Below, in pieces: positions 39,054-48,188 of a stretch of DNA of 64,000 nt (positions are counted from its first letter, which is position 1; every line of letters starts with the position of its first letter). The stretch covers positions 1-64,000 of IMG/VR virus record IMGVR_UViG_3300050158_000056. One strand, written 5' to 3'. Origin of the DNA: a virus. Made by a program: the position numbers and the translations under genes. The notes beneath the pieces were generated by a model, which made no database searches, was not told where the DNA came from, and worked only from the letters and a program-made list of their open reading frames with translations.

Positions 39054-39383
39054 TCAATACCTCTTGTTAATAGGTATGTAAATATCAGCCAAATCAAATC
39101 GAATGGTGATACTGTGATGGATTTTCTTAACACTAATAGAAGCGAATCTAAAATACCATCCTGGTTTAGCTATGTATTTACCCTCACCTACATGATGGAT
39201 AGCTACTAGTCCAAAACTCCACACTCTATGTAGGGCGTATTCCTCAGAGATCTTATTGTAAGTATAGACACACAATCCTCGAAACTTATAGAAAGGGAAG
39301 AGTCTAATGTGTCCAGCGATAACATTGCTGTTGTCGTACTTCTTGTAGATACCAGGGATACCTGATTCGGTGAATGTGTACAT
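39054..39383 (-). CDS. hypothetical protein
   Basis: AAGGA RBS. Confidence 0.55.
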   Translation of the reverse strand: MYTFTESGIPGIYKKYDNSNVIAGHIRLFPFYKFRGLCVYTYNKISEEYALHRVWSFGLVAIHHVGEGKYIAKPGWYFRFASISVKKIHHSITIRFDLADIYIPINKRY

Positions 39384-39417
39384 AATTACATCCTTGTATC
39401 AGTAAAAAATAATGGAT

Positions 39418-39445
39418 GATAGTGGGGGTACATACCCCCACTATC
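39418..39445 (-). terminator. terminator hairpin
   Basis: GATAGTGGGGGTA-ca-TACCCCCACTATC, T-tract on minus strand. Confidence 0.7.
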
Positions 39446-39454
39446 TGTATTTGA

Positions 39455-40069
39455 TTAGCCTCTACTCATTTCGATCGATGTCGGATCTCGATCAGTCTTA
39501 GCTAGGATCTTATCACGGATAAAGTCCCTAGTCTTATTGATCGCATATAGCTCATCGTCTGTCAGATCGGGATCATCTGTATAACTAGTACCAGAGATAT
39601 CATACCACCCATCTTCATCACTATCACGTAACACATCGTGACATGTGAAGTTCTCGATGAGTCGTCCATAAACGTCCTCAGTTGGCAGCCAATCTGAATC
39701 CCATCCGAATCCTTCCATACGACCTTCCCTGACAGCCTTCAGGACAGGCTCATACATGAGGATCGGTATCTCCATCCGCAGTGGGATGGTCTTAAAGTCA
39801 TCGATAGTACTCAAGATACGAATGTTATCCGGATTCATAATCGCATTAACCGTCCTAGAGATATCTAGGCCGAGCTGATCCATAGGAGCCACATATCGAC
39901 TGAAGAACTCCTGTCGTAAATGACCAAAGTCCTCCCCGAAGAAGCTTCTATGCCCCCCATTATTTATCGAGTTAAATACTTCATTACTGACTCTCGAACC
40001 AGTAAGTACGCCCAGTGAAGGCATAGCGTTGCCTGAGCCTATTGTGATGGTGTCGTGAATTCTAGCCAT
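39455..40069 (-). CDS. phiKZ gp59/Imp3-like core protein
   Basis: ILMYEPV..MEGFG..YGRL..DLTDDE..I..T..DPTS C-terminal pattern; first core gene after beta'. Confidence 0.6.
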   Translation of the reverse strand: MARIHDTITIGSGNAMPSLGVLTGSRVSNEVFNSINNGGHRSFFGEDFGHLRQEFFSRYVAPMDQLGLDISRTVNAIMNPDNIRILSTIDDFKTIPLRMEIPILMYEPVLKAVREGRMEGFGWDSDWLPTEDVYGRLIENFTCHDVLRDSDEDGWYDISGTSYTDDPDLTDDELYAINKTRDFIRDKILAKTDRDPTSIEMSRG

Positions 40070-40153
40070 CTGGTGTTCCTTATTATAAAGATGTCATCTC
40101 CTAACATCATTGGACTTAGGAACTAAATTAGTTTTTGATAATTCCTAGTTAGT

Positions 40154-40177
40154 GACAGGGGTCATCTGACCCCTGTC
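40154..40177. terminator. terminator hairpin after displaced beta' 3' end
   Basis: GACAGGGGTCA-tc-TGACCCCTGTC. Confidence 0.65.
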
Positions 40178-40217
40178 TTTTTGTGTATTCACAGTATTCT
40201 CTTCGACCAGAGTATGG

Positions 40218-40253
40218 TCAAATCGTCCGTAAAAAGCTATTAATACTAATAGT
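40218..40253 (-). pseudogene. displaced duplicate of the nvRNAP beta' C-terminus
   Basis: TISINSFLRTI* versus functional TVTINSFLRNL* (41387-41422); post-stop sequence also similar. Confidence 0.8.
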
Positions 40254-40254
40254 G

Positions 40255-41316
40255 TCATTGACTATCATTCTTGATTTTACTTATAGTACTCAGTGATACC
40301 TGATAGTCGGAAGCGATCTCACGATAAGATCTAGGATCGTTTTTGATAGATTCCGCTTTTTCCGGATCTACCGGGCGACCTCGCTTGTTATTATTCTGCT
40401 CTGTCCAGGTGGCCCACCTGCAGTTATCAGGACTATAACCTTTGTAATTATCGATGCGATCGATGGTCAGGTTCTCTTGATAGCCATGAGCCATAGACCA
40501 GTCATAGAACGCCTGAAAAGAGGCTCTCCATTCTGGACATACACCGATACCTCTGCCACCATAAGCAGGATAATTTGTGGAGTTTATATTCGTACATCGT
40601 TGTACTATACCACTCCAGATATTGTAGATACGGGTACCAAACATACCATGTGTTTTATGATTATTAGAAGCAGTCTCTTTGGCGTAACACCCACAAGAAA
40701 CAGTACCACCCCGCATTAAGTTGTTATAATTAACCACGGCGGTATTACCACACTCACACTGGCACTTGTATCTTGATCTACCTTGTTTATTGGGACCATC
40801 GTATTCTACCACAGTTAACCTACCAAATACCTTTCCGATGACAGATTTTCTGACTTCATCTGCTTTCTTTTTAGTACTTTCGGAAGTCCGTTCTTTGTTA
40901 TAACAACCACATGATTGGGTATTACCACTCACGAGATCGTGTCCTCTGACCGATACAGAATTACCACATTCGCATGCGCACTCGTATATGGAAAGTTTAT
41001 TACCCACCCCACTAAACGATTTGACAGTTAATCTACCGAAAGTTTTACCTATCATCGATTCTCTTAGTTTGGCGTTCCTGACTTCTCTGACTTTCGCCAG
41101 TGCTTCTCGTGATAAACACCCACATGATCTCGTAAGTTGTTTGGTTAGACTATATGTGTTAGTTATTCTGATATTACCACATTCGCACTGACATACCCAG
41201 AGATTAGTTCGATGATTACCCCTCCCTTTGAAATACAATACTTTAAGTCGTCCGAATGTCTGACCCGTTAGATCTATACTCCCATTCGCTAGCTTTATAT
41301 TAGTAGGACCAATCAT
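40255..41316 (-). CDS. free-standing HNH homing endonuclease with three Cys-rich repeats
   Basis: 3x (FGRL.V..C.CECGN..SCGC), YGGRGI.VC.EW, TIDRIDNYKGYSPDNCRWAT, C-terminal HTH. Confidence 0.88.
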   Translation of the reverse strand: MIGPTNIKLANGSIDLTGQTFGRLKVLYFKGRGNHRTNLWVCQCECGNIRITNTYSLTKQLTRSCGCLSREALAKVREVRNAKLRESMIGKTFGRLTVKSFSGVGNKLSIYECACECGNSVSVRGHDLVSGNTQSCGCYNKERTSESTKKKADEVRKSVIGKVFGRLTVVEYDGPNKQGRSRYKCQCECGNTAVVNYNNLMRGGTVSCGCYAKETASNNHKTHGMFGTRIYNIWSGIVQRCTNINSTNYPAYGGRGIGVCPEWRASFQAFYDWSMAHGYQENLTIDRIDNYKGYSPDNCRWATWTEQNNNKRGRPVDPEKAESIKNDPRSYREIASDYQVSLSTISKIKNDSQ

Positions 41317-41334
41317 AGTTCATCCCTAGAGAGT

Positions 41335-41368
41335 AGATAGAGGTAGAAATAAATCACTACCTCTATCT
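41335..41368 (-). terminator. hairpin after beta' exon 2
   Basis: AGATAGAGGTAG-N10-CTACCTCTATCT. Confidence 0.6.
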
Positions 41369-41386
41369 TGTTCGACCATATTATAG

Positions 41387-41551
41387 TCAAAGATTACGTA
41401 AGAATGAATTTATAGTAACGGTCAACGTCTTATGTAAACTGATCTCAGACGACACAGATCCGCTGTTTCTATCGAATATAAAATTAGCGGGCGATAGATT
41501 CTTCATCGCCCTTACCATATCTACTTCTGGAATTAATATTCCAGCTAGACT
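41387..41551 (-). CDS. nvRNAP beta' N-terminal subunit, exon 2 (gp56.1-like, 54 aa)
   Basis: not in track: SLAGILIPEVDMVRAMKNLSPANFIFDRNSGSVSSEISLHKTLTVTINSFLRNL*, in frame with NADFDGD after splicing. Confidence 0.88.
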   Translation of the reverse strand, partial: SLAGILIPEVDMVRAMKNLSPANFIFDRNSGSVSSEISLHKTLTVTINSFLRNL

Positions 41552-41914
41552 CGTTATGTTCAGCATAGCTCGTTAGGCTATACTCGCACCATGACGTGCA
41601 GCTACTCCTCTCAGAGCAGACCAGATCATATCTTCACCTTTACTCATCTGAGTATTAAGGGCCCACCACTTCGGACTCACGCGAGTCCTACTCCCTCTCG
41701 GGATGATCGTTGGAGTTTCTACATATCTCATAGAAGACTTAGTAGCTTACCTGCGGATTGAGCAATCTCACATATCTTTTACCGTACCGTAGGGATTAGC
41801 TACGCCATCAGCTATATTTCTATACTGACTTGGTGTATGGAGCTCTAAGCTTGTTCCCGTCAATTCAATGGGTTATTTTACTTATCATTTCTGATAAGGG
41901 CGACCTGTCTATAT

Positions 41915-43252
41915 TTAGTATAATTTGATGATTTCTTTAGGATAGTCTTTTAGATCGATATGCGCGAAAACCCAATCGCGCCATCGACATGGTGGTTTCT
42001 TACAGTGCTTTATATATCTAGCGATTACCGCTGGATCGCATCTACTAGGTCTATCTTCATTAGACCAACTGGTGATATTGGTGTAATACCGCACAGATCC
42101 ATACTGATCAGTTATCTTAATAGGTCGATCAGATGCATGTATGTTAGAATATATGTTCAGTACATCTTGTGGATATATAGGCCACGTCAATTCCTCGCGA
42201 TTACCCGCAGATTGAAAACATCTACCTCTCCACGGAATCAACTCATCACTATCGAGTAGTCTGAATAATGTGTGATCAGTGATATCCTGTTCTCTGATAA
42301 CATCAGTTATATTGTCGTATACGAGTACTTTTCGAGTATCCATACGCATACATGCAATTTTGTTTGGTGGAACTCGTCTCTGTACTGGCCCAGATGCAGT
42401 TAACTCATCCCATGATCTAGAATCTGAGGTATATTTAAAAACATACCCTTTATAAGGTCGTCCTTCGTAAGGTCTTCTGTCCATCACAGAATGCGCTGAG
42501 CCAGGTGCTACCCCGAGATATCTGGCCATGTCATGATACCCAGAAAATATCTGTTCCTGCCCAGTAGCAAGATTCTTACCTACTATCTTTCGGATAGTTT
42601 CGCCTCTAGGACCTTCATTGAACGAATGAAAGTTATTGTCCGTATATGTAGCCCATTCTAAATTGGATATAGCATTATTCCGTTTATCACTGTCCCTGTG
42701 ATTCACGGTGAGGTGGACTGTGTCGATAGGATGAGATATAAAAGCTAACGCAATAACTCTATGCCATCTTAACCGTCGTTGGGTGTTTGGTATATTGATA
42801 GTACAATAACCATCTCCAGTTGGTTTATACCCAATCTCCCGATACGTTGCGGCGCATCTTGCTAATGGTACACCATTATGCAGTCTCACCTCTATCTCTG
42901 GATGATTAGGTACTGATATCCAAGTAGTAGTACCAAAATCAATTCCCAGTAGCGGATTTGGCCTATACCACTCATCGCTCCACTCTAGATTAGAGATATG
43001 GATATTATCCTTATTACCATCCACAAACCTTACAGACATCCATTCGGGATCTTTATCTGGAGACAGTGGCTTGTAGGTCAGTAACATCAGTCTATCTAAA
43101 GGATGAGATGACGGTTTGTGAGATTTACCTCTAATCTTTACAGCACGTTTTCCGTGATGATTACGGTACTCTGGTATTACTGCATTGGTGGATATCAGAC
43201 GGACTACACCATGTTCGTCGATATCATACATTGGGTTTGTAGGTATTTTCAT
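41915..43252 (-). CDS. intron-encoded NUMOD4/HNH homing endonuclease (tandem HNH units)
   Basis: first unit degenerate (VRFVDGNKDNIHISNLEW), second intact (HRVIA..VNHRDSDKRNNAISNLEWAT), NUMOD1-like C-terminal repeats. Confidence 0.9.
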   Translation of the reverse strand: MKIPTNPMYDIDEHGVVRLISTNAVIPEYRNHHGKRAVKIRGKSHKPSSHPLDRLMLLTYKPLSPDKDPEWMSVRFVDGNKDNIHISNLEWSDEWYRPNPLLGIDFGTTTWISVPNHPEIEVRLHNGVPLARCAATYREIGYKPTGDGYCTINIPNTQRRLRWHRVIALAFISHPIDTVHLTVNHRDSDKRNNAISNLEWATYTDNNFHSFNEGPRGETIRKIVGKNLATGQEQIFSGYHDMARYLGVAPGSAHSVMDRRPYEGRPYKGYVFKYTSDSRSWDELTASGPVQRRVPPNKIACMRMDTRKVLVYDNITDVIREQDITDHTLFRLLDSDELIPWRGRCFQSAGNREELTWPIYPQDVLNIYSNIHASDRPIKITDQYGSVRYYTNITSWSNEDRPSRCDPAVIARYIKHCKKPPCRWRDWVFAHIDLKDYPKEIIKLY

Positions 43253-43261
43253 GAAACTTTT

Positions 43262-43292
43262 CCTTAGTATGCAATTGGGTTTCATACTAAGG
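43262..43292 (-). promoter_or_regulatory. hairpin sequestering the RBS of the intron endonuclease
   Basis: CCTTAGTATG-N11-CATACTAAGG; the TAAGG of the RBS is in the 3' arm. Confidence 0.7.
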
Positions 43293-43361
43293 TATAAAAA
43301 CTATCCTTATTTTGTTATATAAAATAACTTAAGTCATCAAATAACTATATTAAGAGGTCAA

Positions 43362-44648
43362 ATCGCCGTCAAAATCGGCATTTTGAAGAGCTACATCCAA
43401 AGGACTCATACCTACGGCACTGTCTTCTAGATCAGTCTTAATCCTAGTCCAGTATTTTAACATCACTGAACCATCTCTGATCGAAGGAGGTCTGTCCCAC
43501 AAACAGGGTATACCTGGAAATGGAGATTCTTCGATCATCTGATCCATGATCTCTTTAATCAGTGGATCGAATGTATTAAGGGCTGTACGCACTTTACTAA
43601 ATGCGACATTCACATTCATGTCGTATCGTTTACACAAACGACCGATGATGTGTACTCGTAGAGTGTTTACTGCCATCTTCCATGGAATGTGGAGTTCATA
43701 GTACTGATGAGGTCCTACGATCGGTACGATCACACCTCGGAACGACCAGTGAAATCTAGCACCGAAGATATGTGTACGAGGGATAGCCTTTTTCGTAGCT
43801 ACATACTTCTTGGTGGCTTCTTCTACATAGTCGATGATGTTCTTAAATGCTTTAAACGCGATGCGCTCAGCATAGATGGTTTGGTTCTTTCGTTTCTTAG
43901 GAGCAAACTCTAGCCTAGATAGAGATACAGCTGCTTTCATGATGTGGTCAGCGGTGGTATCACTATAGCGCTTCTTATTGGGTCCACCACCTTCTTGTGT
44001 GATGATAGGATTGATTGCAGCATTGAGGATAGGGATATAGTGACAGAAGACGATGTCTTTGTAGAGTTCGATGCAGAACTTCATAGACAGAGTATCTGGC
44101 TTCTTAGAGATTACTGGATGATCGAAGTAGAAGAAGTTCATGATCCTATCAAAGTTATCGTACAAGTAGTTAAAGCCTCTACCATCGATGATACCGATGA
44201 GGTCGAACGGTAGTACCGAGTCTACATCTAGGATATCATCTAGATAGTTTCGTTTACCTTTGTCGTACGACAACCATGCTGCCAGGTTAAGATATAACTT
44301 AGGTGCGAGCCATCCATTAGGTAGCTCTTTAGGAGCCATGAGCCAGTTTCGACAGATGAGATTGTCTTCGTCCAAGATATTGCGTTTGGATACCTTAGTT
44401 TCACAGACCGGACACGTCATGTCGATCTTATTATTACCCTCAGTGTGACCACATTGACACTTTGCAATGAAATCGGCCCCAGTCCCATCTGAGAAAATTA
44501 GATCACTGAGTTGGTCGATATAATCCGTATCAGTAAGGTCAAATTTATTCAGAATGATCGGGTCTATATCAGATCTATTAAGTACTAGATTAAACTGATC
44601 ATCGTGAGAAACCAATTTCAGAACTCGTTTTGTGTCATCGCTCAGCAC
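43362..44648 (-). CDS. nvRNAP beta' N-terminal subunit (phiKZ gp55-like), exon 1
   Basis: CQCG..CPVC Zn site, RTHIFGARFHWSFRGVI, RPPS, catalytic NADFDGD at exon end; GTG start; spliced product about 483 aa. Confidence 0.93.
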
Positions 44649-44681
44649 AATGATTCTCCTTCTATTATGAATACCAAAACA

Positions 44682-44707
44682 GTAATATAGCGATTCATCG
44701 CTGATGA
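44682..44707 (-). promoter_or_regulatory. early promoter TCA-N14-CTATATTAC
   Basis: minus strand TCAtcagcgatgaatcgCTATATTAC. Confidence 0.8.
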
Positions 44708-44711
44708 GAGA

Positions 44712-45167
44712 TTAGCTTGCGCACTTCTTAAGTATACATTGCGCCAATGAATGAGCGACTGCGCTATCTAGTGCGCTTACCGTACACCACTCGATATAAA
44801 TATACATTCGATCAGGGTCGGTGGTGGACAGTTGTTTCTTGTTCTTCACTACTCCAGGGATACCTCTAGCTGAGCTAACTATGTCCCCCACTATGATTTT
44901 GTCATAAGGGATACTACTGAGCGGGACCCACGATGTATCTCTGATTGAGTCTTTATTTCCTACGTAAAATACATCTAAGCTATCCGCTGCAAAATTATTC
45001 AACACGACTTTATCTTCGAACTCTATACTGACTCTATTTCTAAACTTACCAGTTCTGCACCCCTGAAGACTATCTGTGGCAGAGATTCTACCATCGCTAT
45101 GTATTGCGCAGTATACTTTATCGCCAACAACTACGTCGCTGAATTTAGTATATTTCAGAAGTTTCAT
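44712..45167 (-). CDS. hypothetical protein with two KOW/SH3-like repeats
   Basis: DVVVGDKVY and KIIVGDIVSS units. Confidence 0.55.
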   Translation of the reverse strand: MKLLKYTKFSDVVVGDKVYCAIHSDGRISATDSLQGCRTGKFRNRVSIEFEDKVVLNNFAADSLDVFYVGNKDSIRDTSWVPLSSIPYDKIIVGDIVSSARGIPGVVKNKKQLSTTDPDRMYIYIEWCTVSALDSAVAHSLAQCILKKCAS

Positions 45168-45601
45168 GAGGCTAGCTCGGGACTAGTCGTAGGAGGTTTA
45201 CCTAAGTAGTACAGATCACTGCACTCACTGACTGGAACACTAAGATTACTATCATAACAGTCGTATTTTAGGATCAATATATTATCAGTATCATCGATAG
45301 TCTGTACTGTGGCTATATGACCTCCGGATCTCACCGATGAACACACTAAGTCTCCTACCTTTATAGTATTCAGTGGAGTCAACCTGACTCCTACTAGACC
45401 GCTAGATCCGATACATACTAGGTCTCTAGTAGATTCTTTTTTGTAGCTATTAGTCCTACCCCCACTCCACGTCACAGACACTCGGGATCCATTGATTTTC
45501 TTTTTGATACTCGTCAGTACGCCTATCCTAAGTTTGTAGGATGAGTATATTAGGTATCCTACCTTTAGAGTATCCCAATCGATGTCATGTAGGCTTTTCA
45601 T
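45164..45601 (-). CDS. hypothetical protein with two KOW/SH3-like repeats
   Basis: TLKVGYLIYSS and TIKVGDLVCSS units; GAGG RBS; ATGA overlap. Confidence 0.55.
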   Translation of the reverse strand: MKSLHDIDWDTLKVGYLIYSSYKLRIGVLTSIKKKINGSRVSVTWSGGRTNSYKKESTRDLVCIGSSGLVGVRLTPLNTIKVGDLVCSSVRSGGHIATVQTIDDTDNILILKYDCYDSNLSVPVSECSDLYYLGKPPTTSPELAS

Positions 45602-45602
45602 A

Positions 45603-46070
45603 TCACTCACCTCGTTTAGAAGACAATCTACCAATCTGGAGACCATCGTCAGTGTCGTCGATGGTAGCTATGATGGATTGATTATAGATAGAGAATACTA
45701 CTGGACTTGGTTCATCATCGAGGTTTACTTCGGTGTGTTTGGTACCATAAGCTTTTTGTTTGCGGAAGAGTTTCTTGTTAAGTTCATCTCTTTGATCGAT
45801 ATTGTTGATCAGTAGCGTAGTGTATTCAGTAGTATTCTTATAGATGATATCAGGATATCCTCTAGATGAAAGATCACTGATCTCTACATGAGCGTTGCCT
45901 TCTACTGTGATCTGTTTGGTATTCAGTGTGTTAATTACCACATGCGCGTCTACGACATATAGTTCTTTAGTGAAGACTCGTGGGTAACTTACGATCTCAT
46001 CTGATGTGGTGACACAAGTCAATCCAATTATCGTGGTCGAAGTACCATCGGAGTTTCTGCGAATAAGCAT
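45603..46070 (-). CDS. hypothetical protein
   Basis: AGGA RBS, operon context. Confidence 0.55.
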   Translation of the reverse strand: MLIRRNSDGTSTTIIGLTCVTTSDEIVSYPRVFTKELYVVDAHVVINTLNTKQITVEGNAHVEISDLSSRGYPDIIYKNTTEYTTLLINNIDQRDELNKKLFRKQKAYGTKHTEVNLDDEPSPVVFSIYNQSIIATIDDTDDGLQIGRLSSKRGE

Positions 46071-46087
46071 CTGTGCTTTTTCCTAGA

Positions 46088-46282
46088 TTAAGTTAGTTTA
46101 TTTTTAATGTATTTAAATTCAGTGTTATTATCACCTGCTCTCTGACGAGACTTTTTTACCTCGACTATACGACCAGTTATATTTGGTATTTTTGTGCTAG
46201 CATGATCGAGTAGGTGACCAGCCTTAAATACCGAAATCTTTTGTTTAGGCATATATGCTCCAGCGAGATCAATTGACGCCAT
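46088..46282 (-). CDS. small basic hypothetical protein
   Basis: downstream of promoter 46293; the track's extension crosses a terminator and the promoter, so start trimmed. Confidence 0.4.
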   Translation of the reverse strand: MASIDLAGAYMPKQKISVFKAGHLLDHASTKIPNITGRIVEVKKSRQRAGDNNTEFKYIKNKLT

Positions 46283-46292
46283 TGTCACATTA

Positions 46293-46318
46293 GTAATATA
46301 GTGACATCTCATCTTTGA
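46293..46318 (-). promoter_or_regulatory. early promoter TCA-N14-CTATATTAC
   Basis: minus strand TCAaagatgagatgtcaCTATATTAC (25 of 26 nt identical to the copy at 10956). Confidence 0.8.
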
Positions 46319-46359
46319 GTTTATGAGGCGCTTGTTTTCACAAAAAAGAAATGAGAGAG

Positions 46360-46387
46360 TGTGTAGGAGGGCTAGCCCTCCTACACA
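46360..46387 (-). terminator. chimallin terminator (28-bp perfect palindrome)
   Basis: TGTGTAGGAGGGCTAGCCCTCCTACACA, T-tract follows on minus strand. Confidence 0.75.
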
Positions 46388-46407
46388 TACCCATCCCATC
46401 TAATCGA

Positions 46408-48033
46408 TTAATAGTTCGACCAGACCGATCCGACACTAAGACCACGGTTAACGATACCGTTCGAAACGATCGAACCGATACCCGAGGCAGAACCGAACCC
46501 ACCCAGATAGCTACCGATCGACCGCGTTTCAGCGCGGCTGTTAGGATCGATGATAACCAGACGGCTAGCATCGGCCTTCGATACGATCCACTTAATGAAT
46601 TCAGGGTTCACTGCCGACACAGTGGTAAACCATGCTGGAGTGAACGACTGAGTAGCATTCTGGATGACCGTAGCACGATCCACCGGATTTTCCGAGCAAC
46701 CCAAGAGGACGGCACGCATCTCACGGCTGATAGCACCATAACCATTGTGGGCTGCGACCCACAGATAGTCGATGTCACGCGAGTCAAGAAGAGTCGCCTT
46801 CTTGTCGCCATAGACACCTTCGAAGCGCTGCTCGAGGTTGATAGCCAGTTCGAACGACGAAGCGTTCTGCTCGACTTCGTCACCATAGAAGCGACCCAGA
46901 CGATTGACGAACAGGTTCTTCTCGATTGGATCGGGAGTACCAAGACGCCACATACCAGGAATGATATCTCGACCATCCTGGAACTGGAAAGCAATGATAG
47001 GCTGAGCGAAATAGGTACGAACGAATTCGACCAGCTCATCCTGATCACCAAGTTCGATAGGACGACCACGGTTATCAGGATTCTCTTCCAGATGACCAGG
47101 GTTAGAACTACCCTTAGTGAGATCAGCCCACTGCTTAGCCCAGAACTGTGTATTGTAAATCGTAGGAGCAAACGCTGCCAGCATGATACTAGCTACACCC
47201 TCAAGCGGGATGATCGAGTTGCAGACCGTGATGTTAAACACCGGACGATAGAGGAGGACGCGCTGGCCATTGACGACATGCTCTTCCTTCTCACGGATCT
47301 CGGTGTAGCCACCGATAACGCCGACCGTGTGATATTCATTTTCGAATTCACGGAACTCACGACCATGTTCGTTCTTGATCTTGGCCTTGAAAGTCATGCC
47401 GACATCCATGCGAGGACGGACGCCATGAGGCGACAGTTCGTCTTCGACAGCACGAGCTTCGCTGATTCGCCAGTCTACGGTAAACTCATTGGAGAGTAGA
47501 GCCGAGACCTTGGAATTCTTGACTTCGTTATACGAAGTAGCCTGGAACGTACGCACGATGGTATCAGCCATCTTAAATGCGCGTTCCATGTCCTGAGGAT
47601 AACCGCCGAACACGACGCGAGCATCCGAAATGCGGATACGCTTATCACCATATACCGTCTTAAGCTCTTCGTGGATAGCACGAAGCTTAAGCGACGACGG
47701 GTAGTAGTGCTGCGACACTGGATCCGAGAGCGAAGCGAAATACAGACCGAAGAAGTTCAGGTAACCATCAGGACCATTGAACTTAAACGCATATGCATTG
47801 TTGAGCTTCGTGAGACGAACCATCTCAACGCTCTTGAGTTTGTCCTTGACCAGCTTTTCTACTTCGGTCAGATAAGGCTCGATCGTCGAGTCGATACGAT
47901 CGATACCGAGGCCCGAGGAGAGTGTGAGAAAGTCCAGTGCGCCGATTACGGCACCTGGCGAACCGATAGGCTCGGCGGTAGGCTGAGGAGCTTCATTGGC
48001 GCTACCAGGAGCTTCGTGACTTTGAATGCCCAT
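46408..48033 (-). CDS. chmA: chimallin-like phage nuclear shell protein
   Basis: upstream of nvRNAP beta'; own early promoter and terminator; strongest codon bias in the window; GVRPRMD, GGYTE, YRPVFNIT, FW, NPGHL pattern resembles chimallin. Confidence 0.75.
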   Translation of the reverse strand: MGIQSHEAPGSANEAPQPTAEPIGSPGAVIGALDFLTLSSGLGIDRIDSTIEPYLTEVEKLVKDKLKSVEMVRLTKLNNAYAFKFNGPDGYLNFFGLYFASLSDPVSQHYYPSSLKLRAIHEELKTVYGDKRIRISDARVVFGGYPQDMERAFKMADTIVRTFQATSYNEVKNSKVSALLSNEFTVDWRISEARAVEDELSPHGVRPRMDVGMTFKAKIKNEHGREFREFENEYHTVGVIGGYTEIREKEEHVVNGQRVLLYRPVFNITVCNSIIPLEGVASIMLAAFAPTIYNTQFWAKQWADLTKGSSNPGHLEENPDNRGRPIELGDQDELVEFVRTYFAQPIIAFQFQDGRDIIPGMWRLGTPDPIEKNLFVNRLGRFYGDEVEQNASSFELAINLEQRFEGVYGDKKATLLDSRDIDYLWVAAHNGYGAISREMRAVLLGCSENPVDRATVIQNATQSFTPAWFTTVSAVNPEFIKWIVSKADASRLVIIDPNSRAETRSIGSYLGGFGSASGIGSIVSNGIVNRGLSVGSVWSNY

Positions 48034-48188
48034 GTGTTTTTTCCTATAGTTGATAAGATGCAATGCATGCGTGTACGTACAGATTACTCAAAACCAAATG
48101 ATGGATCCCTATTTGGATCTGAGTCATATCAATCTGACCATTAAGAAAATAATAATTATACTTATCACTTCCTAGCCTGATCAAATTG

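Larger units (their letters stand above)
41552..43361 (-). mobile_element. group I intron (1810 nt) with HNH gene in the P1 loop
   Basis: P AAUUGACGGGAA, Q AAUCCGCAGG, R CUCCAACGAUCA, S AAGAUAUGAUC; IGS GUCGCC (41899-41904) pairs with exon GGCGAU; ends UAACG. Confidence 0.92.

Noticed and set aside
43350-43361. LTS* ending after NADFDGD suggesting a truncated polymerase
   Set aside because: Intron sequence; exon 2 found at 41387-41551
46351-48144. Long + strand ORFs (382 aa and 157 aa) antisense to chimallin
   Set aside because: Shadow frames caused by the strong codon bias of the sense gene; no RBS or recognisable motifs, and the 382-aa ORF runs through the terminator
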